From the human T2T-CHM13v2.0 reference genome, Homo sapiens: 64,000 nucleotides of DNA. Made by a program: the position numbers and the translations under genes. A model generated the notes under the pieces. The model made no database searches. It was not told the origin of the DNA and saw only the letters and a program-made list of their open reading frames with translations. This document shows, in pieces, positions 39,781-57,573 of the stretch (its first letter is position 1; each line of letters starts with the position of its first letter). Where the stretch lies: the NCBI RefSeq assembly GCF_009914755.1, contig NC_060928.1. One strand, given 5' to 3'.

Positions 39781-40177
39781 AGGAAAAGGATGCTTTTAGA
39801 AATGATCCTTTGTAGGCCTTTATTTTTCTTTACACTTTCCTTCCAACCTGAGAGGATAGTAACTATGTCCTGGATATGGAAATTTGCTAACCCTTTCAAG
39901 GCATTCCCGGCATTTATCAGGAACCTACTATGTACGTACTAGACACCTTTCTAGGAACCGGGAGACATCACAGTAGAAAAAAAAAAAAATCCAGACCAAT
40001 CTTCTCCTTACATTCTGGAAGAAACAGATAGTCAACATCACAGTTAAGTCAATTATATAGTATACTTAGGAGACGAAAAGTGCTGTGAAGAAAAAGAGAG
40101 CTGGATAAGTTGGGTGAAAGAAGAAAGAAGAGGGAACTCACACCCATTCGTTGTATGTTAAAAAACCAGGTTGGGGA

Positions 40178-40477
<300 letters not shown>

Positions 40478-42109
40478 CTAGGTTGGGGAGATAGACATAG
40501 AGGGGGTGTCATGAAGTGACATAAGCTCATGAAGTTTAAACTAAGTTTGAGAAAAACAACAGAAATAGATACACATACATACTAACTCTAGTAGTAAAAT
40601 ATCGTGTACACCGGCTTGTGAGCTGCCTTGAGCAGCGTGCTGGCCGGTTTGAGTAGCTCCTCTCACTCCCCGAGTCCATCCACATCTTGCTCAAGAACTT
40701 CAATTTCAATGTTAACTCTATTCCTCAGAACCCATTCCTTCTCCTTGGCATGGCTGGTGGATCTTTCTTCCATGTTCCTAAGGCCTTCTGTTCACCTTTA
40801 AGGTGTCACTCATCTCCCTGTCCTATGATTATTTTTGTGTCAGCCCCACTAGAACACAGGAACTCCTCAAGGGCAGAAACTATGTCCCAGCACCCAGTGT
40901 CTGACAGCTCCCAGCATTTGGTAATACAGCATGTGCTCAAAGCATTTGACAAATCAGTGAATGAAAGAATGGGTAGAGAATGAATGAAGGGAGTTAGAAT
41001 GAGTGTAGCTCTGGCAATTGGAATGCACCTTGTTCTGAGCAGCTGAATTCTCCAGAAATTCTCCGTACGTGTGTGTGCTCATCTTCAGCACTTCTGCATC
41101 CAAGAATACTGGTAGTCAGACAAGTTATTCTCTAGAGGTAATCAGAAATGCTTGGTTTAGACTCATTAGTGGGTTACAAAATTAATGTAATAAGTCCTGA
41201 AAAGCATTTTTTAAATTAGCTAGAATACAAGAAAACAGAATGTATCCAAATATATAAGGTCAAGTGATTTGGGGACATGTGGCCCAATTTGCCCAGAACA
41301 CCCTGCTTTATTCTTATTGGCCCAGCATGGTTGCTACCTTCAAAATAATAACTTTCCCAGTGTGTACTGTAAATTGGGTGATCACGTTCATTATACATAC
41401 ATTTGTGTATAATGTATATACTGGTTTATGAAGTAAAGCATATTTCTTACAGTGGACAATGGTCAAAACAACTTTGAAATTATGTAAGATAAGGTGAATA
41501 TAGAAAACAAAAATTAAAAAATTAAAAGTTTGATAAACACTTTTCTTGAGAGACTCAAACTTCTGAGACTCCGGGGAAGCAGCATCGAGGAGAAAAAGCC
41601 AGGGAAAAGCAGAAGAAAGAAAAGAAAATTGAAGTGTGGCTGGATAGCTTTCTAATCCTCACACTATCCTGTGTGGAAGGCAGAACCTTACAAATGGGGA
41701 ATGAAGCTCACCGGGCTTAAATAACTTGCCCAGGTCTGGTCTATATGCCATCAAGCCACAGTGCCAGCATTGAAATCTAGGTCTACACACACTGAAAAGT
41801 AAAAGCATCTTGTTCTACACATAGCAGGGGAAAGGATTTTTTTCCACTTCTTGGACACCACAATATTTGTAACCACATCAAAATTGAGGAGGGGATAATG
41901 GAACATATCTCCCAGTGTCCTGTTATGACTTTTGTAATTTAAGAAACATACTTTTATTTTGGAAATATTCTGCATTTGAAAGTAGTTAGCATTTTGATTC
42001 AGAGATCAGTTCTTAATTATGGACCAAAAAAGTGGGTAAGTGTTTCAGATTGATGAAATAAGCCTTGCTAGGCAAAAGCAAAGAAAATGAGTAGTTCTGT
42101 GCAAAGTGT

Positions 42110-42340
42110 CACATCAATAAAGAGTGCAGGGTCTGAAGTCAGACAAGCATCGGTCCAAATCTTAACAGCCAGGGGACTGCAGACAGGTTCTCAAATTTCT
42201 CTGTGCCTTAGTTTACTCATCTATAAAATGCCCACTACAACAGTACCTACCTCATGGGGTTCTAATAAAGACTAAACAAAAGAATCCACATAAAGCTCTG
42301 AACATGTTTCCTGGAATGTGGTAAATGCTTGGTAATGTTG
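42110..42340 (+). mobile_element. MIR
   Basis: ctctgtgccttagtttactcatctataaaatg...agtacctacctcatgggg core. Confidence 0.78.
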
Positions 42341-44337
42341 ACCACAGTCAAAATAGAAATCAAGACGATTGGAGCCAAAGGTGCTCTCTTCTTACTTTTA
42401 TTTGTTCTTCCCATCATCATACGCCCCCCACCTTCGATGGTCTTCCTCTAGCTGCTCATACATTCCTGCAATAGCCCCCACTTGGCCATGACGCATTATT
42501 TCTTTAAGAGAGTGTTGCACACAATTTGCTAGTATTTTGCTAAGGATTTTTACATCTGTGTTTATGAAGTTTTTTCCCCTTGTAATATCTATCAGATTTC
42601 ATACCAAGATGACGCTAGCCTCATAAGATGAACTGGGCAGTATTTCATCCTCCTAGTTTCTAAGAGTTTGTGAAACATTGGTATATTTCTTTCTTAAAAG
42701 TTTGATAGAATTCACAACCGAAGCCATCTGGGCCTCAAGGTTTTTTTGTGGGAGGTTTTTAAACTACACATTTAATTTCTTTACTAAATATAGGGCTATT
42801 CAACTTCTTCAGTCACACACAGTATGTTGTATTTTCTAAGGAACTGTCCATTCATCTAGGTTGTTGAATTTATTGACATGAAGTTATTCATAATATTCAT
42901 GTATTTTCCTTGTGATGTTTGTAGCATCTGTCCTACTCTCATTTCTAGTATGATATTTTGTGTCTTCTCCCTTTTTTTCTTAACAAATCTGGCTACAAGT
43001 TTATAAACTTTGTTGAAATTTTCCAAGAACCAGCTTTAGGTTTCATTGATTTTCTGTATTATTTTTGTTTTATATTTTATTGATTTCTGCTTTTGTCTTT
43101 GTTATTTTCTCCCTTCTGTTTTCTTTGGGTTTAATTTGTCTTCCGTGTCTTGATTTTTTCAGGCAGTATCTTAGATTGCTAATTTTAGACCTTTCTTATT
43201 TTCTAATATAAACATTTAATATTTTACATTTCCCTTGAGACACTGCTGTAGCTACATCTACATCCCACACTTTTGATATGTTTTCATTTTTATTCAGTTC
43301 AAAATATTTTTTAAGTTCTCTTGTGATTTCTTCTCTGACCCATGTGTTGTTTAGTCGTCTATTGCTTAATTCCTAAATATTTGGAGATTTCTCAAATAGC
43401 TGTTATTTATTTCTAATTTAATTTCATTATGGGTGGAGGACATACTCTATGATTTCAATACTTTTAAATTTGTTGGAACTTGTTTATGATTAACATTTAG
43501 TCTCTTTTTGTTAATGTTCCATGTGAACTTGAAAAGAATGTATTCTGCTGTCATTGGACAGAGTCCAGTTAGGTCCAGTTGACTGGTGCTGTCTTCTACA
43601 TCCTTGCTGATTTTCTGTCTTACTTCTTTATTGATTGCTAAGTGAAGAGTATTGAAATCTGTAACTGTAACTGTGGGGTTTTGAAAAATTTCCTTTCAGT
43701 TCTGTCAAGTTTTGCTACATGTATTTTGAAGCTCTAGTACATTTAGGATTGTCATATCATCCTGATGAATTGACGCCTTTATCATTATGAAAAGTTCCTC
43801 CTTATTCCTAGTAATATTCCTTTTTATATTGTCTGCTCTAACATAACCAGTCTAGCTTTCTTGTAATTCATGTTTGCATAGTACATCTTTTTCCATCCTT
43901 TTAATTCTAACTTTCTGTTCTACAAAGTGGTTTTCTTGTACACAGCACATAATAGGATCTTACTTTTTGTAACCAGTCTGACAATCTCTGACTTTTAATT
44001 CGAGTGTTTAGACCACTTACATTTAACATAATTATCAGTATGGCTGAATTTAAATCTATTATTTGCTATTGGTTTTCTATTAGACTCATCTCTCCTTGCT
44101 ATTGTTTGTTTCTTTTTTTCTGCTTCTTTTGATTTAATTAGTGCTTTTTAATATTTCATTTTATCTCTATTGCTGGATATATATATGTATATACACAAAC
44201 ACACATATATGTTTTATATATAAAACTTATTTTATTTTTCATAATTTTCCTACTTTTTATAATACACATTTCTAACTCATTATACATGTTCAACTAATAT
44301 TATGCTACTTAATATGTAATGTAAAACTCTTATAGCT

Positions 44338-44688
44338 ACAGGCTTACCATGGTTTGACTTTATGATGGTAGGAAAGCAATACACATTCAGTAGAAATCAT
44401 ACTTTGGATTTTAAATTTTGATCTTTTCCTTGGCTAGCAATATGCAGTGTGATAGTCTCTTGCAATGCTGGGCAGTGGCAGTAAGCCACAGTTGCCAGCC
44501 AGCCATGCAGTCACGAAGGTAAACAACAGATACTCTACAGTGTACTGTGTTGCCAGTGTTTTTTGATACTGTGTTTTATGGTTTTGCATCCCATGGTGTC
44601 CCTAAAATGCCAATTTTGACTTACGATATTTTCTACTTACGATGGGTTTATCAGGATGTAACCCCATCATAAATTAAAGGGCATCTAT
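44338..44688 (-). mobile_element. MER47/Tigger5-like DNA transposon
   Basis: End matches the reverse complement of the MER47 terminus: gacttacgatattttctacttacgatgggtttatcaggatgtaaccccatc...gcatcta. Confidence 0.75.
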
Positions 44689-45249
44689 ATAGACTTCCAC
44701 TTCTCCCTATCCTGTCCTTAAAGCTGTGGTCAAATATTTTACTTCTATTAATACATATTTGATATATCTCAAAAATACATTGTTACTATTTTTGCTTCAT
44801 GCAGTCAATTAGCTTTCCAAGAAATTTAAAAATAAGGACACAAAGTCTTTTCTATTTGTCCACATATTTACTACTTCTGAAATAGTGTCTTTCAAGTTTC
44901 CATCTGGTATCATTTTGCTTTGGCCTGAATAATTTCCTTTAAACATTTCTTGTTGCATATATCTGCCGACAACAAATTCCCTCAAGTTATGTCTGATAAA
45001 CTTTATTTCATCTTTGTTTTTGAAGATGTTTTCATTAAATATAGAATTCAAGGCTGCCTTTTTCTTTGAGCACTCTAAAGATGTTATTTCATTGTCTTCA
45101 GGCTTGCAAAGTTGGAGGTGAAATGAAGTCTGTGATCCTTCCATTGTCTGTTTTGTATATAATGTGTATTCTTCTCTGATTGCCTTTAAGATTTTCTGTG
45201 CAACACTGGTCTTCAGCAACTTAATTATGTGCCTTTGTTTCTTTATTTC

Positions 45250-45395
45250 ATTTTATTTTTGGAGATGGGGTCTTGTTATGTTGCCCCAGCTGGTCTCAAA
45301 CCCTAGGCTCAAACAATATTCCCACCTTAGCCTCTCTAGTACCTGGGACTACAAAAGTGCTTGCCACCATACCTAGACCTTAATTTTTTTTGATG
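45250..45395 (-). mobile_element. Alu monomer (FLAM/AluJ fragment)
   Basis: Single diverged Alu arm. Confidence 0.8.
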
Positions 45396-45682
45396 AAATT
45401 ATTTCAGCTCCTGGTTCATTAAGCTTCTTAGATTTATGAAATACAGTTTTCATCAAATTTTGAAATATTTCAGCTATTATTTCTTCAAATACTTTTTCTG
45501 TCCCTTATCCTTTTCTCCATGTATGATAGACTGCTTGATATTATCCCACAGATCACTGGGTCTCTGTTCACTATTTTTTTTTCAGTTTTTTATTTCTCTC
45601 TGTGATTCATCTTGCATAGGTAACGTTGCTGTATTTGTAGGTTCACTAATCCATTGCCTAATCTATTAATCCCATCTAGTGA

Positions 45683-46102
<420 letters not shown>

Positions 46103-46384
46103 TAATAAAATTTGTTGTAACATCCTTGTCTGCTAATTCCATTACCTTGTTACTTCCAGTTCTGTTTCTCTTAACTGATTCTTCTTCTTGTTACAGGTAT
46201 TTTTTTCTGCTTTTTAGCATATCTAGTGATTGTGTTTGATGCTGGCATTGTTATCATTACATTATTAAGTGTCTGCATTATGTTGTCTTCCTTTAAATAG
46301 TATTGGACTTTCTTTTGCTAGGCAGTGAAGTTAAGTGCTAATCTTCAAGATCCGTTTTTAAGCTTTACTAGAGAGAGGCTAGGG

Positions 46385-46660
46385 CTGTGCTGTCCAATAA
46401 GGTAGTCACTAGCTACATGTGGCTACTGAAATGCGGCTAATCTGAATTGAGATGTGATAAAGGCATAAAGTACACACTGGATTTGGAAGACCTAGTATGA
46501 GAATAAGAACGCAAAGTATCTCATTAATAATTTTATATTGATTACATATTGGTGACACTTTGGATATACTGTGTTAAGTAAAATATATTACTAAAATTAA
46601 TTTTATCTATTTCTTTTTACTATATATGTGGCATGCATTATATTTCTACTAGACAGCACT
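46385..46660. mobile_element. MER33/MER3-like hAT element
   Basis: TIRs ctgtgctgtccaata ... tactagacagcactg; cactagctacatgtggcta motif. Confidence 0.8.
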
Positions 46661-46668
46661 GTTCTAGA

Positions 46669-46872
46669 ACAGAGGTCTGCAAACTACAGCCTACAGGATA
46701 GCCACCTATTTTTGTTAATAAAGTTTTATGGGAACTCAGCCATACCTACTCACTTATCTATTGTCTATGGCTGCCTTCACACTAAAATGGATTAGTTGTG
46801 ACAGAGAATATATGACCCACAAGCCTAAAATGTTTGCTCTCTGAAAATTTAACAAAAAATGTCCACCCCCGG
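46669..46872 (+). mobile_element. MER58A-like hAT element
   Basis: cagaggtctgcaaactacagcc...aataaagttttatgggaactcagccatacc...tattgtctatggctgc. Confidence 0.82.
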
Positions 46873-47795
46873 TCTAGAGTACCCTTCACTCCAAGGATAG
46901 TTCAGCCCTATTTTCTAACTTGTGATGCCTCCAAGGACTCCACTGAATGCTTCAGGGCTGAATGAGGACTCCCCTTTGGCTGGTCAGACAAAAAACACTT
47001 TCCCATTTCATGTGTGCTCTGGGTTTATTCAGCTTACAACTAAAAAGTCTTTTCTTGCCCAGACTTGTAGAGCATCATTCTACATACTTGTATCCTAACA
47101 CTCAGCAAAAATTCAAGAGATTCCTATGCATATTTCTGGAGCTCTTTTTCTGCATAGCTTCCTCCTTCTCAGAACTCTGCCCCAGTACCTCTCACCACCT
47201 CAGCCTCCCCAAACTCTGATCTTCATCTCATCAATTCAGCGAGGCTACTAGGATCTGCTCATATCCCTCCTTCCTGGATCCATGGTCTAGAAATTGCTTT
47301 CAGACAGAAAACCAGGGCAGTCATTGAATTCACTTTGTTTCTCTTCTCTTAGGGATCACAGTCATATATAGACTGTTGCTCAATGTCTAAAAGCAGTTAT
47401 TAATTACAATAATTTATAATGGGCAGTTAGGTCAGGCTATTATTATTCCATCATGACTATAAGGTGATGTCCCCTCTACTTATCATTTGATAGGTAGAAC
47501 TTACTATGTAGTATACTCTGGGTCTTCAGACTTTCCAAAGATTTGGTAAATTTGACTGACTTGTATGTAGCTAGAGAACAAAGTGTAGAACTTTTCCTGC
47601 GGTTTGCCTAAATAGTTGATATGCTATATAATCATTGACCACAATTTCTCATGTTCAGGTTACGACAGAGAAGACAAAGAGAACTTGATAGAAGAAGCTG
47701 AAAGAAGGGTAGCTTGGAGCTATGCATTTCTGAATCTATTTGTACATTTATATCAGAGGTAGAACAAGCATATTAGCAGGCCTAGAAAAGATGAT

Positions 47796-48044
<249 letters not shown>

Positions 48045-48622
48045 ATGATGTACCTCTTTTTAAAGCATGTGAAAAGTTTAGGAAGCAATTATCATTAGCT
48101 CCAGATGCTATATTATGTGAAACAAATAGAGCTGTATACCTCCAGGTATTTATAGTGAAAAAAAAGAACTGATCCAAAATACAGATAAATGATAGAGATA
48201 GATAGATGGATATCCCCCAAAAAGTTTGTTTTATATTAGTGGCATTTCTTTATTAAGAGATAGAAACTACAATCAGCCGATAAAACCAAAAAGGAAATTA
48301 AAAGTAAAAACAAACAAGCATCTATTTTCTCGCACCTGATTAGAAAAATATTTATTTCATAAAAATGTGAAGAACCCATTTGTTGAAAATAGAATGAGTA
48401 GTTATACTTTTAGTCAAGGTGGAGGAGATGGAAGAGAACTGGGAAGAGAATAACATCAAAGATGGGTGTCAAAAATAGAAGATTCAAGAATCATATAAAG
48501 GGGTAGATAAAAAAAAGAAGTCAAAAAGAAAAAAGGAGAAGAGAGAGGAAAAAATAAAGAACTTGGGGTGCAACAGTGCCAGGCTTATATTAGGTGCTCA
48601 AGGAAAGTTTATTAGATAGCTA

Positions 48623-48670
48623 ATGGATGGATGGATGGATGGATGGATGGATGGATGGATGGATGGATGG
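48623..48670. repeat. (GGAT)n microsatellite
   Basis: Directly visible. Confidence 0.95.
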
Positions 48671-48829
48671 ACAGACAGTAGGAACAATATAATAGAAGAG
48701 AATAAACGTGATACCTGAAAGTGAGCATTTGATCTTGTAGAACAGAGAAGAAATCTAATGGAGATAGACAGAATTGTCATGAAGGGTTTTGTAGGATGGT
48801 AATTTGTAACTAGTTTAAGTGCAAATAAG

Positions 48830-49160
48830 TTTTCCCCCAGTTAATTCATGATTGAAACTTCATCTCAAAGGTCAACTTTCTGAAAGAGACCTTGAGCATC
48901 AGTCTAGATTAATTCACCTGTTTTATTTGTCTTCTGGTACCATGTATTTTTCCTTTATAACTCTTATTACAGTTTTGAAAAATGTTTTGGTAACTATTTG
49001 TTGAATATCTGTTCTCCCACTAGAATGCAGGCTCCATGAGGGAATGAGCTATGCCTTCATTGCTACCCCCTTGTCATCAGGGTCTGGAATAAAGTGTGGC
49101 CCAAATTTACCTCCCAATAAATATTTGTTGAGTAAAATGTAAGTAAGTGCATGAATTCAA
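48830..49160 (+). mobile_element. L2 3' end
   Basis: cccactagaatgcaggctccatgaggg...caataaatatttgttgagt. Confidence 0.78.
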
Positions 49161-49373
49161 GAATGAAGGAGGGTGGTACTTGCGGAAATGCAGAGCTGTG
49201 AGACCTACCCAGCCCCCATGAGGACTGAGCCTATTCATCCAAGGAGTGGCTTTAGTGCAATAGAAAATGCCCTGGAATTAGAGCCAGGAAGCTTCACATC
49301 TGCCTCTGCTATTTACTTACTGTATTAACTAAGACAAGATAATTTATCTCAGCTTCTGTTTTCTGATCTCTTA

Positions 49374-49609
<236 letters not shown>

Positions 49610-49879
49610 GCTTAGAACTTCTCCAGTGTTTTCTCCCAAGAACCCTTCTGGAAAAAGCGGGCATTCACATCTGTGTTGAACTCAAGGTACACTAAAAACA
49701 AAAGCAACTTCTTTGAAACAAATTTTAGCTAAAAAGTTCGTGCAAATGCTTCATTTTATACCATAATATATATCTACATTGTCTCAATGTTGAAATTCTG
49801 TTTTAAATTATTCATCAGTTAATTTAGATTTTTATTTCATAAAATAATGGTATAAAATGGATGTTTATAGAACACGCAC

Positions 49880-49999
49880 CATATTATCCTTTGCTTTTCC
49901 ATATTTTTGAGAAACATGGATTGATGTAAAATGACCTGCTACATGGTGGGCAGGACCTCCATAAGTGTTTGCTGAATCCGAATCTGCCCACCAGAGGAG
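49880..49999 (-). other. Candidate 120-nt exon
   Basis: Acceptor ...ttcaaccctgcag|CTCC, donor ATG|gtgcgt; phase-0 frame open (LLWWADSDSANTYGGPAHHVAGHFTSIHVSQKYGKAKDNM); protein not recognised. Confidence 0.3.
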
Positions 50000-50337
50000 C
50001 TGCAGGGTTGAATCAAAAGCAAAGCTTTTGATTGATGCAAAGAGGATTTCTCCCACAGGAGGAGTGCCCAGGCAGGCTCCTAATCTGGGGATAAATCAAA
50101 AGGTACAGGTCAAAAATGACCTATAAACTTATTTGAATCTAGATAATCAAAAGGAAATGATCAGTACTATATAAAATGTAGGCTATATGTAAAATGATTA
50201 TATATTTACCATAAATTATTAGAATTATCATTATAAATTTGTATAATAATGTTTTATTATATATAAAAATGTTATTATATAATATACTGGACTGTCTACA
50301 GAGAAAAAAAACATACTTAATTGTAAAGATTACTCCT

Positions 50338-50682
<345 letters not shown>

Positions 50683-51054
50683 CTAATGTAAAACAAACAA
50701 ACCAACCTTCCCCACCCCCAGCTCTATTTTAACATCCAGACTTTGGTCTGCTCTGAATCTGAATTCACCATGAATTCAGCTACACATTTAGCTGTAGCTC
50801 AATTTCTATTTCCAAGGCTTTGACCCAATGAAAGCATTAAACATACTATCACAAAAGCAAACCTCCCTATGAACAAACGTGGTCTGCCCTCAGTTTCCTC
50901 ACTGTAAAGTGGAGATAACAACACCTATCTCACAGGTTGGTTACAAGCATTCAATGAAATGATGCACACGAACATGCCTGGTACAGTGCCTGCCACATTG
51001 CAAACGACCACCCAACTTCTAGGGTTTATTCACTGCTTTATCACCAATTTCCAC

Positions 51055-51905
51055 TTGTTACAGGCAGAACTGTGTCCCTAGCCACAATTCATGTTGAAGT
51101 CCTAACCCTTCATATCCAAGAATATGACTGCATTTGGGTTGTGTTTGTTTGCTTGTTTTTTGAGACAAGGTCTCACTCCATCACCCAGGCTGGAGTGCAG
51201 TGGTGTGATCACGGCTCACTGCAGCCTTGACTGTCCAGTCTCAGATGATCCTTCCACCTCAGCCTCCTGGGCAGCTGGGACTACAGGCACACGCCACCAC
51301 ACCTGGCTAGTTTTTTGTAGAGATGGAGTTTCGCCACATTGTCCAAGCTGGTCTCAACCTCCCAGGGTCAAGCAATCCTCCCACCTCAGCCTCCCAAGAA
51401 GCTGGGACTACAGGCACACACCACCATGCTTGGCTAATTTTTGTATTTTTTGTAGAGACAAGGTCTTGCTGTGTTGCCCAGGCTGGTCTCAAACTCCCAG
51501 GCTCAAGTGATCCGCCCATCTAAGCCTCCCAAAGTGCTGGGATTACAGGTGTGAGACACCATGCCCAGCCCAATGTGACTGTATTTGGAGATAGGGTCTT
51601 TACAGAAGTAATTAAGTTCAAATGAGGTCATTAGAGTAGGACCTAATGTAATATGACCGATGTTCTTTAAGAGAAAATCTGGATGCAGACAGAGGGAAGA
51701 CAATGTGAAGACAAAGGGAGAAGAGGGCCATCTACAAGTCAACAAGAAGAAGTCTGGAGCAGATCCTTCCCGCACAGCTCCCCTGAAGAAACCAGCCCTG
51801 CCAACACCACCTTGATCATGAACTTCCAACCTACAGAACTGCAGGAAAATAAACATCTGTTGTTTAAGCCACCCAGCTATGGCAGCCCTAGCAAACTAAC
51901 ATACC
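51055..51905 (+). mobile_element. MaLR solo LTR (MLT1B-like), interrupted by an Alu
   Basis: tgttacagg...gttgaagtcctaacc...atttggagatagggtctt...aataaacatctgttgtttaagccacccag...gcaaactaacata. Confidence 0.88.
51138..51570 (-). mobile_element. Three-armed AluJ
   Basis: ~430 bp with three Alu arms inside a single TSD aat(a/g)tgactg(c/t)atttgg. Confidence 0.88.
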
Positions 51906-52953
51906 ACTAGAATAAAAGCTCCATGAGGGCAAGTGTTTTTCTTTTTGCTCTATACTGTACCCTAAGTGCCTAGGACACAGCCTGGCCCATAGTAAGCACC
52001 TAATAAATAATTGTTGACCTATTCCATAAATGTCCAATCCTGAGCCTGGCACAGATATTTAGCAAATATTTGAAGACTGGATAAATGATTCTATTTCCAA
52101 ATACCAAATTAGAACACAGTCTGAAAAAAAATGTATTACCTGATTTTTAAATATATATATATATAAGCTTTGTTAAACTTTAAATATTGTCACACTTAAA
52201 TCACCTTAATTGGAAAGGGCAAAATGTCATGAAATCCATGCTGGTCTTGGAAAATCCAATTTTGGTAGAGTACATCCTTAATTGTTTAACATCCAAACTC
52301 CTTGGCCTAAATTTAAGCACTGCATAGCTCTCTCTCTTGCCAGTCCAACCTCATTTCCCCAAGTCCCCCACAGGATCCATCTGCTGAAACCACACTGGTC
52401 TCTGCATCACTTCCAGAAATACCATCCTGCTAGGCTCAGCTCAAACCCCTCTTCTCACATGAAGCCTTCTTCATCCTCTGAAGCCAAAGTAATAAAGTAA
52501 TACCACTTTCTTTAGGGACTTTTTTTTTTTTAATGTATCACTTACTTCCTCATACCATTAGTTATATTTGTGTGAGTTTATCTGGTTTCTATTCTAGGTT
52601 AAAAACTCCTTGAGGACAGGAACTTTTAAAAGACTTAATTCTACCCTATCTAGGTTGGAGTCCAGCAAATATTATAAAGAGATTTTAATTAAATCACTGG
52701 AAAATACACAGTCAGCATTTACACACAACCCCAGCCTTGAAAGCACAGGGAGCCAGAGAAGGCACTGGCAAATCAAAGTCTGTTAACATTAACAACTTGA
52801 GCACAAGTTCTACTCAAAGTGGGAAATAGAGAAGAACTACAATAACATAGTTCAAAGTGATGCTGTCACTTCCAAAAGGTATCGCTTTACCGTTAACACC
52901 AGTATAATAAATATCCATCATGCCCTACTTTTGAATAATATCTATTTGATTAA

Positions 52954-53301
<348 letters not shown>

Positions 53302-53521
53302 CCCCTCTTGCTGTTTTTTTGATTAAGTAGGCATTTGCCTCAGATAACCAGATCAGCAGCAGGACCAAGAAATACACTTCAGCTGTTTTGTGGGCTTTGG
53401 CAAACAGTTAATGTGTGTTTGTGCAATCATAGGTAGAAGGAATACCATAAAGAATTAATTACTTTTTTAAAAAATATCTGATTCTTCTGATTCACTTGAT
53501 ATGAAACATGAGCCAATGTCA

Positions 53522-53893
<372 letters not shown>

Positions 53894-54544
53894 TTAAAAA
53901 TTTTGTTGCTATATTTCTTTTCATATAATTGCATCCAAGCAATATGATAAATAAAGGTAGTTAGGATGAGGCAGGAGAGTGGTTCCTAACCTCACACATA
54001 AGCACGAATGTCAGTCCTTGGCTATTTCAGTAAGCATTCTTCATTTAACCCCCAGTCTAATATTTTTATGTGACATAACAATGATACTAGAGGAGGGCAG
54101 GGAAGTGTAGGGAAGGGAAGGGAAGGGTGTGGTCCCTGGCTAGAGCTCCACCCGTGAGCCTGTGCCCACGGACCTATGTGAGGACAGGCATTTCTGTTTT
54201 CCTGCCTAAATGTTGCATTTCCCAAGACCACTCCAGCCTGCCATGCCCCCATCCTGTGCCTATAAAAACCCTGAGACCCTAGCAGGCAGAGACACAAGCG
54301 GCTGGACGTTAAGAGGAACGCACCAGCGGAAGAACACAAGAGGAACGCACTGGCATAAGAGTACACCGACAGACACTGGCAGGCCGTCAACCGGGGGAAC
54401 AACACAGTTTGGCCAGAGTGGTCGGAGGAGGGCCCAGGCTGCTGAGTGGCTGGACTCCAGGGGAAAACCACCTTCACATTCTATCCCCCTTCTGGCTCCC
54501 CCACCTGCCGAGAGCTATTTTAACTCAATAAAATCTTGCACTCA

Positions 54545-54851
<307 letters not shown>

Positions 54852-55120
54852 TCATTCTCCAAGCCCATGTGTGATCCAATTTTTCTAGTACACCAAGGCA
54901 AGAAACCCCAAGATGCAGAAAGTCCTCTGTCCTTGCAATAACGCAGGGGGTCTCATTGAGCTGACTGACACAAGCCACCTACGGATGGCTAAACTAAAAG
55001 AGCACATGGTAACACACGCCCACTGGGGCTTCAGGAGCGGTAAACATTCACCCCTAGACGCTGCCATGGGGCTGGAGTCCACACTCCCCATGACCTGCCC
55101 ATCTGCCTGCTCCCCCTAGG

Positions 55121-55424
<304 letters not shown>

Positions 55425-55838
55425 CACCCCTAGGGGTTTTGAGGAGCAGGGCACCGAAGAAGCGAGTCCAAGCCACACCCCATCGCATGCCCTACAAGGG
55501 GGACAAGAGAATTTTTCTCCTTTCAATAGGACATCCATTTTTATGTGATATAAAAGGACGTTTTATATGAAACTCTTAATTATAATACTTTAAATATAAT
55601 ATGTAATTATTAAATATTATAATTAAATTTAATTATATTTAATATTTTCCTTGAGAAATGGCTTTAAATTATACTATTTTGAGTAAAGTTGATACTTTCA
55701 AGAATATAACAGAGGTACTAAAGCAAGTGATAAGCCATAAGGTATAAGATATAAAAATACAAATCAATACTAGATAAATAATAGTATAAGCATCCTATTT
55801 ATGGAGAAATAAATTCAAATTTTAAAAGTCATGTATAT

Positions 55839-56150
55839 GTCCGGGCACAGTGGCTCACGCCTATAATCCCAGCATTTTGGGAGGCCAAGGTGGGTGGATC
55901 ATGAGGTCAGGAGTTCGAGATCAGCCTGGCCAACATGGTGAAACCTCGTCTCTACTAAAAATACTAAACTTAGCCAGACGCGACGGCAGGCACCTGTAAT
56001 CCCAGCTACTTGGGAGGCTGAGGCAGGAGAATGGCTTGAACCCAGGCAGCAGAGGTTACAGTGAGCTGAGATTGCGCCACTTCACTCCAGCCTGGGTGAC
56101 AGTGAGACTCTGTCTCAAAAAAAAAAAAAAAAGAAAAAAGAAAAGAATAA
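55839..56150 (+). mobile_element. Alu (AluS)
   Basis: Alu dimer with A/G-rich tail. Confidence 0.94.
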
Positions 56151-56310
56151 GAAAAGTTATTTTTATGGCCAAGGAAATTAGTTGTTAGAAAAATATAGAA
56201 CTGTCTGTTAAGTATAAAAATTGTAACAGAAACTATAAAAAAGACAAAGCCCTTGCTCTAAGTAGCTTATAAACAACTACAAGAGTTGAAGCAAACTAGA
56301 AATGTATTTG

Positions 56311-56765
<455 letters not shown>

Positions 56766-56968
56766 TAGTGCTGGTAATAATTCTAGAGTATAAAAACAAT
56801 TTAAAATTTTTTGGAGAATTTGTTTTTCAGATTTGAAAAGAAAAGGTGAATGATACACATATCTGTTTAAAACAATGATACAGGAAAGGTTTTCTTTAAA
56901 ACAGGCTAAAAATTTTTGCCTTCCTTTCCTAATTTCTAAAGATGATGGAATAGAAAGACCATTATCTG

Positions 56969-57295
<327 letters not shown>

Positions 57296-57340
57296 AAGAC
57301 TGTTATCTGGAATTGAAATAATAACATAATCAACAGTGTT

Positions 57341-57573
57341 GGCAGGGTGCAGTGGTTCACACCTGTAATCCCAACACTTTAGGAGGCCGAGGCAGGTGGA
57401 TCACGAGATGAGGGGTTCGAGACCAGACTGGCCAACATGTGAAACCCCGTCTCTACTAAAAATACAAAAATTAGCCAGGTGTGGTGGTGGACACCTGTAA
57501 TCCCATCTACTCGGGAGGCTGAGGCAGGAGAATTGCCTGAACCTGGAGGTGGAGGTTGCAGTGAGCCGAGATC
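57341..57573 (+). mobile_element. Alu (AluS), 3'-truncated at a palindrome
   Basis: Stops at gagccgagatc; no tail. Confidence 0.92.

Noticed and set aside
44809-45219. 136-aa ORF with L1 ORF1p-like segments
   Set aside because: Frameshifted remnant inside a decayed L1M; no sign of domestication
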